From: Nannocystales bacterium
GTDB lineage: Bacteria > Myxococcota_A > Polyangia > Nannocystales > Nannocystaceae
NCBI GenBank assembly: GCA_050633305.1
Contig: JBOEGF010000007.1
Location: 64,001 to 128,000 of the forward strand
Direction of reading: 5' to 3'
Length of the DNA stretch: 64,000 nt
Under the pieces are notes generated by a model. It ran no database searches. It was not told where the DNA came from and saw nothing but the letters and a program-made list of their open reading frames with translations. Positions 38,493-48,438 of the stretch are shown one piece after another. Within the stretch, counting starts at the first letter, position 1; each line of letters opens with the position of its first letter. The translations under genes and the position numbers were made by a program.

Positions 38493-39446
38493 TTAGAAAG
38501 GCCGGTCGGCGAAGCTGTCGGTGGCCTTGACGAGCGCGCGAAGAATCCCCGGCTCATTGGCCGAGTGCCCTGCATCGTCCACCAGGGTCAGGCTGGACTC
38601 GGGCCACGCTTGGTGTAGCCGCCAGGCATTGCGCGGCGGACAGATGACGTCGTAGCGGCCGTGCACGATCACGCCTGGGATGTCCCGCATGACATCGATG
38701 TTGTCGAGCAACTGTGTGTTCGATTCGAGGAAGCCGTTGTTGACGAAGTAGTGGCACTCGATCCGAGCGAACGCGAGTGTGAACGAGGACTCATCGCAGT
38801 GACGGACGAGATCGGGGTCGGGCATCAAGGTCGCGACTCGGCACTCCCACAAGCTCCACGCACGGGCTGCGGCGGCGCGTGCCTTGGGGTCATCTCCGGT
38901 CAGCCGCTTGTGGTACGCGCCAACGATGTCGTCGTGTTCCTCGGGGGGAATCGCCGCGAGAAAGTCCGCGTACGCGTCGGGGAAGAGCATCCGAGTTCCG
39001 TCGCGGTAGAACCAATCCATCTCGTCCTTGGCGAAGGTGAAGATGCCTCGCAGGACGAGTTCGGTGACGCGCTTGGGGTGCTTCTGCGCGTAGGCGAGCG
39101 CGAGCGTGCTGCCCCAGGAGCCACCGAAAACTTGCCAGCGTTCGATCTCGAGGTGCTCTCGGAGCGCCTCGATGTCCTGGACGATGTGCCAGGTCGTGTT
39201 GTCGGTCAGGGACGCATGTGGGCGGCTCTTGCCGCAACCACGCTGGTCGAGCAGCACGATCCGGTATTTCTTCGGATCGAAGAACCGGCGATGCTTGGGC
39301 TCTGTACCCCCGCCGGGACCGCCGTGGAGAAACACGACGGGCTTGCCGTCGGGGTTGCCCGAGACCTCCCAGTAGATCTCGTGGACCTCGTCGACACGTA
39401 GAAGCCCCGACGCATGGGGTTCGATCTCGGGGTACAGCGTCGTCAC
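38493..39446 (-). CDS. pip: Proline iminopeptidase (S33)
   Basis: LYPEIEP, HGGPGGG, GGSWGS, GRYDVICP and AGHS motifs. Confidence 0.97.
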   Translation of the reverse strand: MTTLYPEIEPHASGLLRVDEVHEIYWEVSGNPDGKPVVFLHGGPGGGTEPKHRRFFDPKKYRIVLLDQRGCGKSRPHASLTDNTTWHIVQDIEALREHLEIERWQVFGGSWGSTLALAYAQKHPKRVTELVLRGIFTFAKDEMDWFYRDGTRMLFPDAYADFLAAIPPEEHDDIVGAYHKRLTGDDPKARAAAARAWSLWECRVATLMPDPDLVRHCDESSFTLAFARIECHYFVNNGFLESNTQLLDNIDVMRDIPGVIVHGRYDVICPPRNAWRLHQAWPESSLTLVDDAGHSANEPGILRALVKATDSFADRPF

Positions 39447-39482
39447 CGGCAGAGCTTTGCAGGTTTGCGCCGCGCTGACCAC

Positions 39483-40169
39483 TCAGTCTTCGACGATCAC
39501 CGCGGCGCCTGAGCTGCCACGTCGACCTTCCGAGCTGTCGATCCGCCCGACCACGACGGCGACGTCCTCCCCGGAGGTGGAGTTCGCGATCTCGCGAGCA
39601 CAGACTTCGGGTTCCAGCGCTTCCTGCAACATGATCTCGGCCAGCAGCGACTTGTGGATCGACCGGTAGGTCTGCGCTGTACACAGAAGGAGCTGGTCGC
39701 CGTGCTGCGGGGTGAACCGAACGAGATCGAGCTGCAGCGCGAGATTGCCTCCCGCAGCCCCGGAGAAGTCATCGACGGGGTCCTTGGTGAGCTGGCTGAT
39801 CGTCGTGCCCCGGACTCGATACACGCGGTTGGGTCCGACGTTGCCCACGACGATCTGGTGGCCGTCGAAGTGCGCGGCCGCAAAGGCGGCCTCCATCCCC
39901 CGGTAGAAAGGGTCGATCGAAGAGGTGCGACGGATCGCGTCGTGGACTCGGGTGCCTGCGAGATTCCAGCGCTCGGCGGGATCGGTGGGGCCGGGTCCGG
40001 ACAGGGCGAGGGGAAGCAGGTCGACGGCGACCTCGGCGGCGAGGCCCCCGCCGGAGAACCCACCGCGTCCGACGGCGAGCACGCCGAGTTGTGATCCGGC
40101 GCGGTAGCGGTTGAGCGACTCCGGGCCTCCGCGGGCGAAGCCGGTAAAAGTGACGGCGGTAAATTCCAT
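39483..40169 (-). CDS. PP2C/PPM-fold protein lacking the catalytic aspartates
   Basis: Scaffold motifs present in order but altered: AVGRGG (for ADGMGG), GNVGPNRVY (HVGDSRAY), QLTKD, GDQLLLCTAQ (LCSDG), GEDVAVVV (DNxT). Confidence 0.75.
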   Translation of the reverse strand: MEFTAVTFTGFARGGPESLNRYRAGSQLGVLAVGRGGFSGGGLAAEVAVDLLPLALSGPGPTDPAERWNLAGTRVHDAIRRTSSIDPFYRGMEAAFAAAHFDGHQIVVGNVGPNRVYRVRGTTISQLTKDPVDDFSGAAGGNLALQLDLVRFTPQHGDQLLLCTAQTYRSIHKSLLAEIMLQEALEPEVCAREIANSTSGEDVAVVVGRIDSSEGRRGSSGAAVIVED

Positions 40170-40191
40170 GTGCCGTGGGTGCGGTGAAAGC

Positions 40192-40677
40192 CTACCGCGA
40201 AGCGGCGGCGAAGGCGTCGATGAGGGCCGCGGGGGCTTGCACGAGCTCGATGAGAACCCCGCATCCTCCCTGTGGTGTGGCCTCGTTCCCTTTGGGGTGG
40301 ATGAAGCAGACGTCGAACCCGGACGCGCCCTTGCGAACGCCGCCGGGCGTGAAGCGGACACCACGCTCGCCCAGCCAAGCGACCGCGGCTTGCAGGTTGT
40401 CGATCCAAAGCCCCACGTGATTGAGGGCGGGGTCGGCGACGCGGGGTCGCTTGTCTGGATCGAGCGGCATCATCAAATCGATCTCACAAACACCCAGTCC
40501 GGCGCCAATCTCCGCGATGTCTTCGTCGACGTTCTCGTTCTCGGACGTGTAGTTGCCCTTGGGCGTGGCACCGAGCAGGTCGACCCACAGCGTGCGCAGG
40601 GGGGCCTTGTCGAGCGCGCCGACGGCGATCTGCTGAATGCCCAACACGCGAAATGGCCGGGCTACGGCTGTTTCCAT
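40192..40677 (-). CDS. VOC/glyoxalase family protein (methylmalonyl-CoA epimerase-like)
   Basis: [23 protein letters not shown] and CFIHPK...GVLIELVQ motifs. Confidence 0.9.
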   Translation of the reverse strand: METAVARPFRVLGIQQIAVGALDKAPLRTLWVDLLGATPKGNYTSENENVDEDIAEIGAGLGVCEIDLMMPLDPDKRPRVADPALNHVGLWIDNLQAAVAWLGERGVRFTPGGVRKGASGFDVCFIHPKGNEATPQGGCGVLIELVQAPAALIDAFAAASR

Positions 40678-40737
40678 GCGTTGGAAGCTACCACGCGCTC
40701 CGTTGACAGGAGGCCGTGGGGTCTTCACCTTAAAGAA

Positions 40738-41340
40738 GTGATTTGGGCGGTGCTGTGGTCGGGGCTTGCGGGGCTTGCTGTGGTCGGCGTGGTCATGACA
40801 GCGGCCGAGATTCAGGCCGCGGGGACGGACGACGCGTACTTTCGGGGATCGACCCGTCTGTGGCTGTTCGTCGCCACCGTGATCGCCGCGATGAGTCTTG
40901 CGATTGCGCCCTCGATCCTGGGGATGGGGACGCCCGCATCCGTGCAAGCCACCGTCCTGGGGTTCGCGTCTCTACCCGCGGTGATCGCAGTCCTGGCGTG
41001 CCTGCACAACGCGCTGGCCCTGGTCCGGGTTCGAAATCGGCGCTCGGACGCGCTGGTCCATGGCTCCGAGTTCGACGCCGTGGTGGTCGAGCGTGAGCAC
41101 AAGCCATTCGCGCACGACATCCTCTCGATTACGATCGAGACGACGTTGCCCGCTGCTGGGATGATGCCCCACCAGGGCGGGTACCGTACCGAGGCCGACA
41201 ACGGCATGCGGGCGCTCCGTCTGGTGGAGACCTGTCCCGGCGATCAGTGGGGCCGGCTGGCACCGGGTCGTCGGGTCCGGGTCCGAGTCGATCCGCGCGA
41301 CCCTTCGCGCTATGCGCTGGTGTTGTTCGAGGCTGCGTGA
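40738..41340 (+). CDS. Hypothetical membrane protein (three TMs plus soluble C-terminal domain)
   Basis: 3' part of ORF 40111-41340 from GTG 40738; ends in [10 protein letters not shown], resembling DUF3592-type tails. Confidence 0.65.
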   Translation: MIWAVLWSGLAGLAVVGVVMTAAEIQAAGTDDAYFRGSTRLWLFVATVIAAMSLAIAPSILGMGTPASVQATVLGFASLPAVIAVLACLHNALALVRVRNRRSDALVHGSEFDAVVVEREHKPFAHDILSITIETTLPAAGMMPHQGGYRTEADNGMRALRLVETCPGDQWGRLAPGRRVRVRVDPRDPSRYALVLFEAA

Positions 41341-41927
41341 CCCGCGTGCATGCGGGCCTGCGCCGGGGCATCCGCGATCACGGACGCCTCGTGGCGGGCG
41401 ATCTCCGTCAGCCGCAGCTCGAGGGCGTTGGCGTCGGCGAGGCCCAGTTCTCGGATGAGCTCGAGGTACGAGGCGTGATGCCGAGCCTCGCTGGCCAGAA
41501 GCCCCCGGTAAAGATCAGAGAGTTCCGGATCTCGGTCGACGAGCGCCTCCGCCAGCAACCGCATCCGTTCGCAACTGCGCGCTTCGATCATCGCGCAGCA
41601 CAGAAGCGTATCGAGCAGTCGAAGGGGCTCCTGCGGGCGTACGACCTTCATCAGCTCGGAGGCGTACGTGCTGGGTGCCTGACGACCGAACTCGATGCCG
41701 CGCTGTCGGAGGTGTCCCAGGACCAACTCAAAATGGGCGAGTTCCTCCCGCGCCAGGCGGGACAGCGGGACCATGAGCGGGAGTTTGTCCTGGTAGCGGA
41801 AGATCAGGTTCATCGCAGTGGATGCGGCCTTCTTCTCGCAGTGGGCATGGTCCAACAGGACGTCATCCATGTGCTCCACAGCCCAGGGCGCCCATTGCGG
41901 CGCAGTGGCTTCGGCCAAGTGCAGCAT
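41310..41927 (-). CDS. miaE: tRNA ms2io6A37 hydroxylase
   Basis: LLDHAHCEKKAAS, LAREELAHF, IEARSCER and SEARH motifs. Confidence 0.95.
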   Translation of the reverse strand: MLHLAEATAPQWAPWAVEHMDDVLLDHAHCEKKAASTAMNLIFRYQDKLPLMVPLSRLAREELAHFELVLGHLRQRGIEFGRQAPSTYASELMKVVRPQEPLRLLDTLLCCAMIEARSCERMRLLAEALVDRDPELSDLYRGLLASEARHHASYLELIRELGLADANALELRLTEIARHEASVIADAPAQARMHAGHAASNNTSA

Positions 41928-41985
41928 GGGCGTGACCGTACGCGCCCAGGGGGCAACCCGCGACGGGTCGCGGTACCCTGCGGCC

Positions 41986-42846
41986 GTGAGGCTCCTCGTG
42001 CCCAGCGACCAGTCCCCACCCTGTCTCGGGATTCGATGGGGTGGAGCATGGCTGCTCACAGCCCTCGTGTTGGGGAGCGCATGCGCGGGGCGACCCACAG
42101 CGTCGGTCCAGTTCTCGCCGCCGCCGCGTGTCCCTCCGACGCCTGAGACACGCGCCCGCCCGACCATGCTCTCGGCCCACTTCGCTGTGGACGACGATCC
42201 ATCGCGTGGTGGTCTCGATGGCATCACGGTTGTGTTTTCCGAGGACGTCGACGCGGCAAGCCTTCGTCCTGGCGTCTTCTTGGTGCTGCTCGCGGACGGC
42301 GGACGCACCCTCGCCAAGGAAGCCGTCCTCGCGCCGGCGAGCGAGGCGGACGAGAATCGGACCGTGTGGTTGCACGGTGACTTCGGGGATCCGCGTCGAC
42401 GACCGCCGACCGATGTCATCGTGATTGCCCCGCTGCATACCGAGACCGGGAGTTCCCTGGAGGGCGCGTTGGCGCCGGTGCGTGGATTCGATGAGGGCGG
42501 GCACATCGTGCACGCCCAAGCCCAGGTCCAGCCTTGTGCGTCCGGGCAACCACGGGTCCGCACCTTCTGGACCGATGCCCTGCGCGACGTGACGCAGGAA
42601 GACCTCGAGGCGATCACGCTCGAACTGGTGGGCGGGCGGACGGTGCCGCCTGCGAGCTTCGAGGACCACGCTGAGGCTGGGTCATTCATCGGGGAGTCCC
42701 GTGATGACAACGTGTTGGACCTCTGCGTTCCTGTCTCCGAGCGCGTTGTCACGGTTCGAGTCCAAGCCGGCACGTTCACCGACGTCCCGGGGCACCGAAC
42801 CGCGGCCAGCAAAGCGACGGTCGCGCGGGCACCCGCAGCCGAATAG
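41986..42846 (+). CDS. Hypothetical lipoprotein with an Ig-like domain (start uncertain)
   Basis: Hydrophobic stretch ending LVLGSA-C; ITVVFSEDVDAASL resembles an Ig-like strand. Confidence 0.65.
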   Translation: MRLLVPSDQSPPCLGIRWGGAWLLTALVLGSACAGRPTASVQFSPPPRVPPTPETRARPTMLSAHFAVDDDPSRGGLDGITVVFSEDVDAASLRPGVFLVLLADGGRTLAKEAVLAPASEADENRTVWLHGDFGDPRRRPPTDVIVIAPLHTETGSSLEGALAPVRGFDEGGHIVHAQAQVQPCASGQPRVRTFWTDALRDVTQEDLEAITLELVGGRTVPPASFEDHAEAGSFIGESRDDNVLDLCVPVSERVVTVRVQAGTFTDVPGHRTAASKATVARAPAAE

Positions 42847-42901
42847 ACCACCGGGGGTCGTGTTTTCGGGCCCGTGCGGGGCGACGTGGTGAGGTCCGGA
42901 G

Positions 42902-45900
42902 ATGTGCTCTAAACTTCGCGAGCTGATGACGACACGTGGCCGACCGATCCGAAAGCTGATGTGCGCCAACCGGGGGGAGATCGCGATTCGCGTCTTCCGA
43001 GCCGCAACCGAGCTGGGGATCCGGACCGTCGCCATCTTCAGCAACGAAGACCGCGTTCACCTTCACCGCTACAAAGCGGATGAGGCCTACCTCGTGGGCA
43101 AAGGGGGGTCGCCCGTCGGGGCGTACCTCGCGATCGACGACATCATTCGGGTCGCGCTGGAGAACGACGTCGATGCGATTCACCCCGGCTACGGGTTCCT
43201 CTCCGAGCGCGCCGACTTTGCTCGTGCATGCGAGGAGGCTGGCATCGCGTTCGTGGGTCCTCCTGCGGAGATCCTCGAGCGACTCGGCGACAAGACGGCG
43301 GGTCGCGCACTCGCGATCGAGAACGGGGTCCCGGTCATCCCCGGTACCGCCGACCCCGTCGCGGACTTCGACGAAGCGAAGGCGTTTGCGGAGCAGGCCG
43401 GCTATCCGCTGATGATCAAGGCCGCCAAAGGCGGAGGCGGTCGCGGCATGCGGGTGGTTCGCAAGGAGAGCGAACTCGCCGACGCTCTGGAGCGTGCGAG
43501 CTCCGAAGCTGCCAGCGCGTTTGGGGACGGGACCTGCTTCATCGAGAAGTACGTCGAGCGTCCCAGGCATATCGAGGTGCAGATTCTCGGCGACGCGAGA
43601 GGCGAGATTCTCCACTTGTTCGAGCGGGACTGTTCGGTCCAGCGCCGCCATCAAAAGGTCGTCGAGATCGCACCCAGTGTGGGGATCGGCGATGCGTTGC
43701 GGGACCGAATCACCGCCGACGCGGTCAAGCTGGCCAAGGCCGTTGGGTACCGCAACGCGGGCACCTTCGAGTTCCTCGTCGGTCCCGATGATGCTCATTA
43801 CTTCATCGAGGCCAACCCCCGGGTTCAGGTCGAGCACACCGTGACCGAGCAGGTCACCATGGTCGACATCGTTCAGTCTCAGATCCGCATCGCGGGTGGG
43901 GCCAGCTTCGAAGACCTCGGTTTGCGGCAAGAGGACATCACCGTCCGCGGGTTTGCGATCCAGGCTCGGATTACCACCGAGGACCCACTGTTGCAGTTTC
44001 AGCCCGACACCGGGCGCATCGAGGTGTTCCGCCCCGGGAGCGGCTTCGGCATCCGACTCGATGCCGGCAACGGGTACGACGGGGCCACGATCTCGCCGCA
44101 CTACGACTCGCTGCTCGTGAAGGTGACCAGTACCGCTTCCACCTTCGAAGGCGCGGCGCAGAAGTTGTTCCGCTCGCTGGCCGAGTTCCGCGTCCGCGGG
44201 GTGAAGACCAACATCCCGTTCATCCAAAACGTCCTCACCCATCCGCGCTTTCTCGCGGGCAACGTCGACACCGAGTTCATCGCCTCCACGCCCAAGTTGT
44301 TCCGCTTTCCGCGCCGCAGGAACCGGGCGCAGCGACTGCTTTCGTACCTGGGCAATGTGATCGTCAACGGGCCGTCCACGCCCTGGGTCTCCGGTGTCGC
44401 GCCGGCCAAGGTCGAGCCCGAGGTTCCGCCTGCTCCACTCGAGCCTCCCACGAAAGGCTGGCGGCAGGTCTTCTTGGATGACGGCCCCGAGGCGTTCGCG
44501 AAGGCGATTCGCGGCCACCAAGGGCTGCTCATCATGGACACCACGTGGCGGGACGCGCACCAGTCCTTGCTGGCGACGCGGGTCCGAACCATGGACATCG
44601 CCAAGGTCGCGCCGTTGACCAGCCACGTGCTGTCCTCCGCGTACAGCCTGGAGATGTGGGGGGGGGCCACGTTTGATGTGGCGCTGAGGTTCTTGCGTGA
44701 GTGTCCGTGGGACCGACTCGAGCACCTTCGTGAGCTCGTTCCAAACATCCCGTTCCAGATGCTGCTCCGCGGAGCAAACGCAGTCGGATACACGAACTAT
44801 CCGGACAACGTCGTTCGGCGATTCGTGCAGACCGCCCGCGACCTGGGAATCGACGTCTTCCGAATCTTCGACTGCCTCAACTACATCGAGAACCTCAAGC
44901 TGGGCATCGACGCCGTTGGGGAAGCGGGTGGCATCATCGAGGCGTCCGTCTGCTACACGGGCGACGTCAGCAACGCCGATCGCACGAAGTACAGCCTTCA
45001 GTACTACGTCGACGTGGCCGGCCAACTCGTCGAGCGCGGGACCCACGTGCTCTCGATCAAGGACATGGCCGGGCTGCTCAAGCCCAAAGCCGCGAAGCAG
45101 CTGGTCGGGGCCCTGCGCGACGCCTTCCCCGAGGTGCCGATTCACGTGCACACCCACGATACCGCGGCCGCCGGGGTGGCCTCGATGCTCGCCTGCGCGG
45201 AGGCGGGGGCGGATGTCGTCGACACGGCACTGGAAGCGATGGCCGGGCTGACGTCCCAACCCGCGGTGGGCGCCATCGTTGCCGCCCTTCAAGGGACGCC
45301 GCTCGACACCAACCTCGAGCTGACCGAGCTGCAGGTGCTCTCCGACTACTGGGAGCAGGCTCGCCGCATGTACGCCCCGTTCGAGTCTGGACTCAAGAGC
45401 GGGAGCGCCGACGTCTACCTTCACGAGATGCCCGGCGGCCAATACACGAACCTCCAGTTCCAGGCCAACCAGCTCGGTTTGGCGGAGCGTTGGCCGGCCA
45501 TCAAGCGTGCCTACGCTTCCGCCAACCGGTTGCTCGGCGACATCATCAAGGTGACGCCCTCGTCCAAGGTCGTCGGTGACCTCGCCCAGTTCATGGTCCA
45601 AAACGACCTCACCGAAGAGGATGTGCTCGAGCAGGCCGACACGCTGAGCTTTCCGTCCTCGCTGGTCGAGTTCTTCCAGGGCATGCTTGGCCAACCGTTT
45701 GGTGGCTTCCCCGAGATCTTGCGGGAGAAGGTTGTCCGCGGCGCGCAGACCTTCGACGGACGGCCCGGGGCCAGCCTCCCGGCACTCGATTTCGACGCGC
45801 TTCGCAAAGAACTGCGAGAGGAGCATGGCCCGCACATCCGCGAGGTGGACGTGATCAGTGCCGCGCTCTACCCGAAGGTCTGGCGGGAATACCAAGGCTT

Positions 45901-46390
45901 TCGGGAGCGCTTCGCAGACGTCGCTGTGTTGCCCACGCGGGCTTTCCTGGCACCGCTCGAGGTCGGTGAGGAAATCTCGGTGGAGATCGAGCGCGGCAAG
46001 ACGCTGGTGATCGAGCTCGATGCGGTCGGGGAACTCGACGACGATGGCAACCGGACGGTCTACTTTCAGCTCAACGGTCGCCCTCGCTCGATTCACGTCC
46101 CCGACGAGGCCGCCAAGACCGAGGTGGTCGTCCGAAACCGGGCCGACCCCAGCGACCCTGGCTCGGTCGGGGCACCCATGCCTGGGGTGGTGCTCGAAGT
46201 TCGCACCGAGTCCGGCGCGAAGGTGGACGTCGGTGCGCCGCTGGTCGTCCTCAGCGCGATGAAGATGGAGACGGTCGTGGCCTCACCCGTCGCAGGTACG
46301 ATCAAGCGCATCGAGGTTGTCGAGGGAGATTCGCTCGCGGCCGGGGACCTGCTGGTCCACATCGAGACCGCGAAGCAGGCAGAGGCCTAG
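42902..46390 (+). CDS. pyc: Pyruvate carboxylase (ATG 42926 is an alternative start)
   Basis: Biotin carboxylase domain (ANRGEIA, HPGYGFLSE), carboxyltransferase domain (RDAHQSL, EMWGGATFD, HTHDT) and biotinyl AMKM. Confidence 0.99.
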   Translation: MCSKLRELMTTRGRPIRKLMCANRGEIAIRVFRAATELGIRTVAIFSNEDRVHLHRYKADEAYLVGKGGSPVGAYLAIDDIIRVALENDVDAIHPGYGFLSERADFARACEEAGIAFVGPPAEILERLGDKTAGRALAIENGVPVIPGTADPVADFDEAKAFAEQAGYPLMIKAAKGGGGRGMRVVRKESELADALERASSEAASAFGDGTCFIEKYVERPRHIEVQILGDARGEILHLFERDCSVQRRHQKVVEIAPSVGIGDALRDRITADAVKLAKAVGYRNAGTFEFLVGPDDAHYFIEANPRVQVEHTVTEQVTMVDIVQSQIRIAGGASFEDLGLRQEDITVRGFAIQARITTEDPLLQFQPDTGRIEVFRPGSGFGIRLDAGNGYDGATISPHYDSLLVKVTSTASTFEGAAQKLFRSLAEFRVRGVKTNIPFIQNVLTHPRFLAGNVDTEFIASTPKLFRFPRRRNRAQRLLSYLGNVIVNGPSTPWVSGVAPAKVEPEVPPAPLEPPTKGWRQVFLDDGPEAFAKAIRGHQGLLIMDTTWRDAHQSLLATRVRTMDIAKVAPLTSHVLSSAYSLEMWGGATFDVALRFLRECPWDRLEHLRELVPNIPFQMLLRGANAVGYTNYPDNVVRRFVQTARDLGIDVFRIFDCLNYIENLKLGIDAVGEAGGIIEASVCYTGDVSNADRTKYSLQYYVDVAGQLVERGTHVLSIKDMAGLLKPKAAKQLVGALRDAFPEVPIHVHTHDTAAAGVASMLACAEAGADVVDTALEAMAGLTSQPAVGAIVAALQGTPLDTNLELTELQVLSDYWEQARRMYAPFESGLKSGSADVYLHEMPGGQYTNLQFQANQLGLAERWPAIKRAYASANRLLGDIIKVTPSSKVVGDLAQFMVQNDLTEEDVLEQADTLSFPSSLVEFFQGMLGQPFGGFPEILREKVVRGAQTFDGRPGASLPALDFDALRKELREEHGPHIREVDVISAALYPKVWREYQGFRERFADVAVLPTRAFLAPLEVGEEISVEIERGKTLVIELDAVGELDDDGNRTVYFQLNGRPRSIHVPDEAAKTEVVVRNRADPSDPGSVGAPMPGVVLEVRTESGAKVDVGAPLVVLSAMKMETVVASPVAGTIKRIEVVEGDSLAAGDLLVHIETAKQAEA

Positions 46391-47193
46391 GCCTCTGCGC
46401 CCAGGAGGACGCCGCGCTCGGCCAGGTCCGCGAGCAGGGTGGCGGCCGTCCCCAGGCGTTCATCATCCAGGGGCTCGCCCAGGGTGCCGCACGCTGCTCG
46501 CAGTCCCTCTGCGACCGGCTGCTGGCGTTCAATCAGCTGTTCGAGGACGGCGTGGGCAAGCGGCGTGAGCTCCAGGTAGCGGACCTTGTTGCTCGAGTCG
46601 CGATACACGAGCAACCGGGTGGGGGCGCATTCGGGCTCGTCGCGGTTGTCGGTGTCCTGGGATATCTTGTGCACCGCGTAGGCGTAGGACATCAGCCGAG
46701 CCGCACCGTCGAAACGCAAGGGCTTGTCGAGTGCGAGCTCGCGGCCGGTCGGGGATTCGCCCCCGCGGTGGTCGTTGAGAATGTCGTACTCGAGCAGCTC
46801 GTGGCGGGCCAAGTCGATGAGGTAGTCGGGGACGCTTGGGTCTGCGGCCCAGCGGGGAGCAGCCCACGCGACGAACTCTGCGGGCACGTCTCGGAGGTAC
46901 GGAGAGTGGGCTGCGACCTCTTCCATCCAGTCCCCGAAGTCGGCCTTGAGGCGGTGCATGCCAAGACGGGCCGCGGCGCGCTGGATGAAGTCGCGGATCG
47001 TGTTCCGCATCCGGTTGTGCACCAGGGTGCGGTAGACGAGGAACCGCTCCGCGCCGACCGCTTCGATCGCGTCGAGGTCGTCGCCCTCGATGCCGTGTGC
47101 GGCGGCGAAGGCTCGCAGGTCCTCCCGGCTGGCCTCGGCGGCACCCTTCTTTCGCAGGAGTGCGTTCATCCAATCAAGTCGAAGGTCGTTCAC
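46387..47193 (-). CDS. MNIO partner protein (DUF2063; HvfC/BufC-like)
   Basis: ERFLVYRTLVHNRM, SPYLRDVPAEF and DLARHE motifs; GTGA overlap with the DUF692 gene. Confidence 0.88.
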   Translation of the reverse strand: MNDLRLDWMNALLRKKGAAEASREDLRAFAAAHGIEGDDLDAIEAVGAERFLVYRTLVHNRMRNTIRDFIQRAAARLGMHRLKADFGDWMEEVAAHSPYLRDVPAEFVAWAAPRWAADPSVPDYLIDLARHELLEYDILNDHRGGESPTGRELALDKPLRFDGAARLMSYAYAVHKISQDTDNRDEPECAPTRLLVYRDSSNKVRYLELTPLAHAVLEQLIERQQPVAEGLRAACGTLGEPLDDERLGTAATLLADLAERGVLLGAEA

Positions 47194-48047
47194 GCACTTG
47201 CCTCCTGAGCGTGTTTGTCGAGGGCCTTGTCGTAGACGACCTGCAAGGACGCCGCCTCGGCCAAGAGGTCGGCCAACGGGGGAATGTTGGAGTCTCGTTC
47301 GAGCAACACGGGCTTGGGGCCGGTGCGTTCGATGACGTAGGACATCAGATCCCGGACCTCGTCGCGGACGTCGGCACCGTGGGTATCAACCAGCAACGAT
47401 TCGTCCCATGGCTCGTGTCCCGCGATGTGGAGCTGAACCACGCGCTCCAGGGGGATTGTGTCAATCCACGCGTGCGCCTCGAATCCGTGGTTGCTCGCGT
47501 TGACGAACACATTGTTGACATCGAGCAGGAGCCCACAGTCGGCGCGCTCGACCACCTCGGTGATGAACTCAGCCTCGTCCAGGTTGCTCTTGCCCAGCTG
47601 CAGGTACCAGCTGATGTTCTCGACCGCCATGCGTCGCTCGAGCCTGTCGCTGGCCTCGCGAACGCGGGCTGCGACACGCTTGGCGGTCTGCGTGGTGAAC
47701 GGGATCGGAAGAAGGTCGTGCAGCATCGCACCGTCCATCCCGCTCCAGCAGATGTGGTCCGAGTGCCACGGCGCTCCGTATCGATCGAGGAACGACTTGA
47801 GCTCGTCGAAGTACTCGTCGCGAAACGGATCCGTGCCGCCCAGCGACATCATGAGACCGTGGGTGATGATCGGGAAGCGCTCAGCCAGCGTGGCGAGGCG
47901 CTTGGGCGAGCGCCCACCGCGGTGCATGTAGTTCTCGGGCGCGACCTCGAGGAACGCGACCTTGCCGTCGGCGTCACCACGCACGATGTCGCGGAGGAAG
48001 GCGCCGCGAAGACCAAGACCGACGCCGGTGGGGGGTTGGGGCTGCAT
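47190..48047 (-). CDS. Multinuclear non-heme iron oxidase (DUF692; HvfB/BufB-like RiPP maturase)
   Basis: GVGLGLR, EVAPENY, HGL, SDH, DLLP, EN, LLDVNN, HIAGH, DTHG and LLERD motifs. Confidence 0.96.
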   Translation of the reverse strand: MQPQPPTGVGLGLRGAFLRDIVRGDADGKVAFLEVAPENYMHRGGRSPKRLATLAERFPIITHGLMMSLGGTDPFRDEYFDELKSFLDRYGAPWHSDHICWSGMDGAMLHDLLPIPFTTQTAKRVAARVREASDRLERRMAVENISWYLQLGKSNLDEAEFITEVVERADCGLLLDVNNVFVNASNHGFEAHAWIDTIPLERVVQLHIAGHEPWDESLLVDTHGADVRDEVRDLMSYVIERTGPKPVLLERDSNIPPLADLLAEAASLQVVYDKALDKHAQEASA

Positions 48048-48068
48048 GCGAAGACTCTCGAACCGTAC

Positions 48069-48108
48069 AAAGAAAAACCCGCGGCGACCGTGAAGGCCAG
48101 CCGCGGGT
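48069..48108 (-). terminator. Intrinsic terminator/attenuator between the RiPP precursor and DUF692 genes
   Basis: Minus strand reads ACCCGCGGC...GCCGCGGGT followed by TTTTCTTT. Confidence 0.75.
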
Positions 48109-48125
48109 CGGTCGCTCAAATGAGC

Positions 48126-48362
48126 TTACTTGGCGCCGCCGCAGGAGGCTTCGCCGCCTTCTTCGGCAGCTTCGCCGCCTTCGGCTTTCTCAGCGCCGCA
48201 GGAGCCTTCAGCTTTGTCGGCGCCACAGGAGCCTTCGGCCGCATCACCAGCAGCGGGAGCTGCGGGGGTCTCGACGGCGGGCTTGTCCTTGTCGCAGCCG
48301 GTCGTGGCGAGAGCGCCGGTGCCGAGGAATGCGAGCGTTGTGGCAATGCTTTTGAGATCCAT
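48126..48362 (-). CDS. MNIO RiPP precursor (78 aa; oxazolin/HvfA-like) with lipoprotein signal
   Basis: MDLKSIATTLAFLGTGALATTG-C, then EGSCG, EGSCG and EASCG; purine-rich RBS (AAAAGGGAAAA); directly upstream of DUF692. Confidence 0.88.
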   Translation of the reverse strand: MDLKSIATTLAFLGTGALATTGCDKDKPAVETPAAPAAGDAAEGSCGADKAEGSCGAEKAEGGEAAEEGGEASCGGAK

Positions 48363-48438
48363 GTCGTTTTCCCTTTTCGAGTTCTCTTGGAGAGGTTTTG
48401 GGTCCGTCCGTGGGCCCCGACGTGGGGCTCGAAGGTCA

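Noticed and set aside
42776..46096. 1106-aa minus-strand ORF
   Set aside because: Antisense shadow of pyc; high-GC codon bias removes stops on the opposite strand and it has no recognisable motifs.
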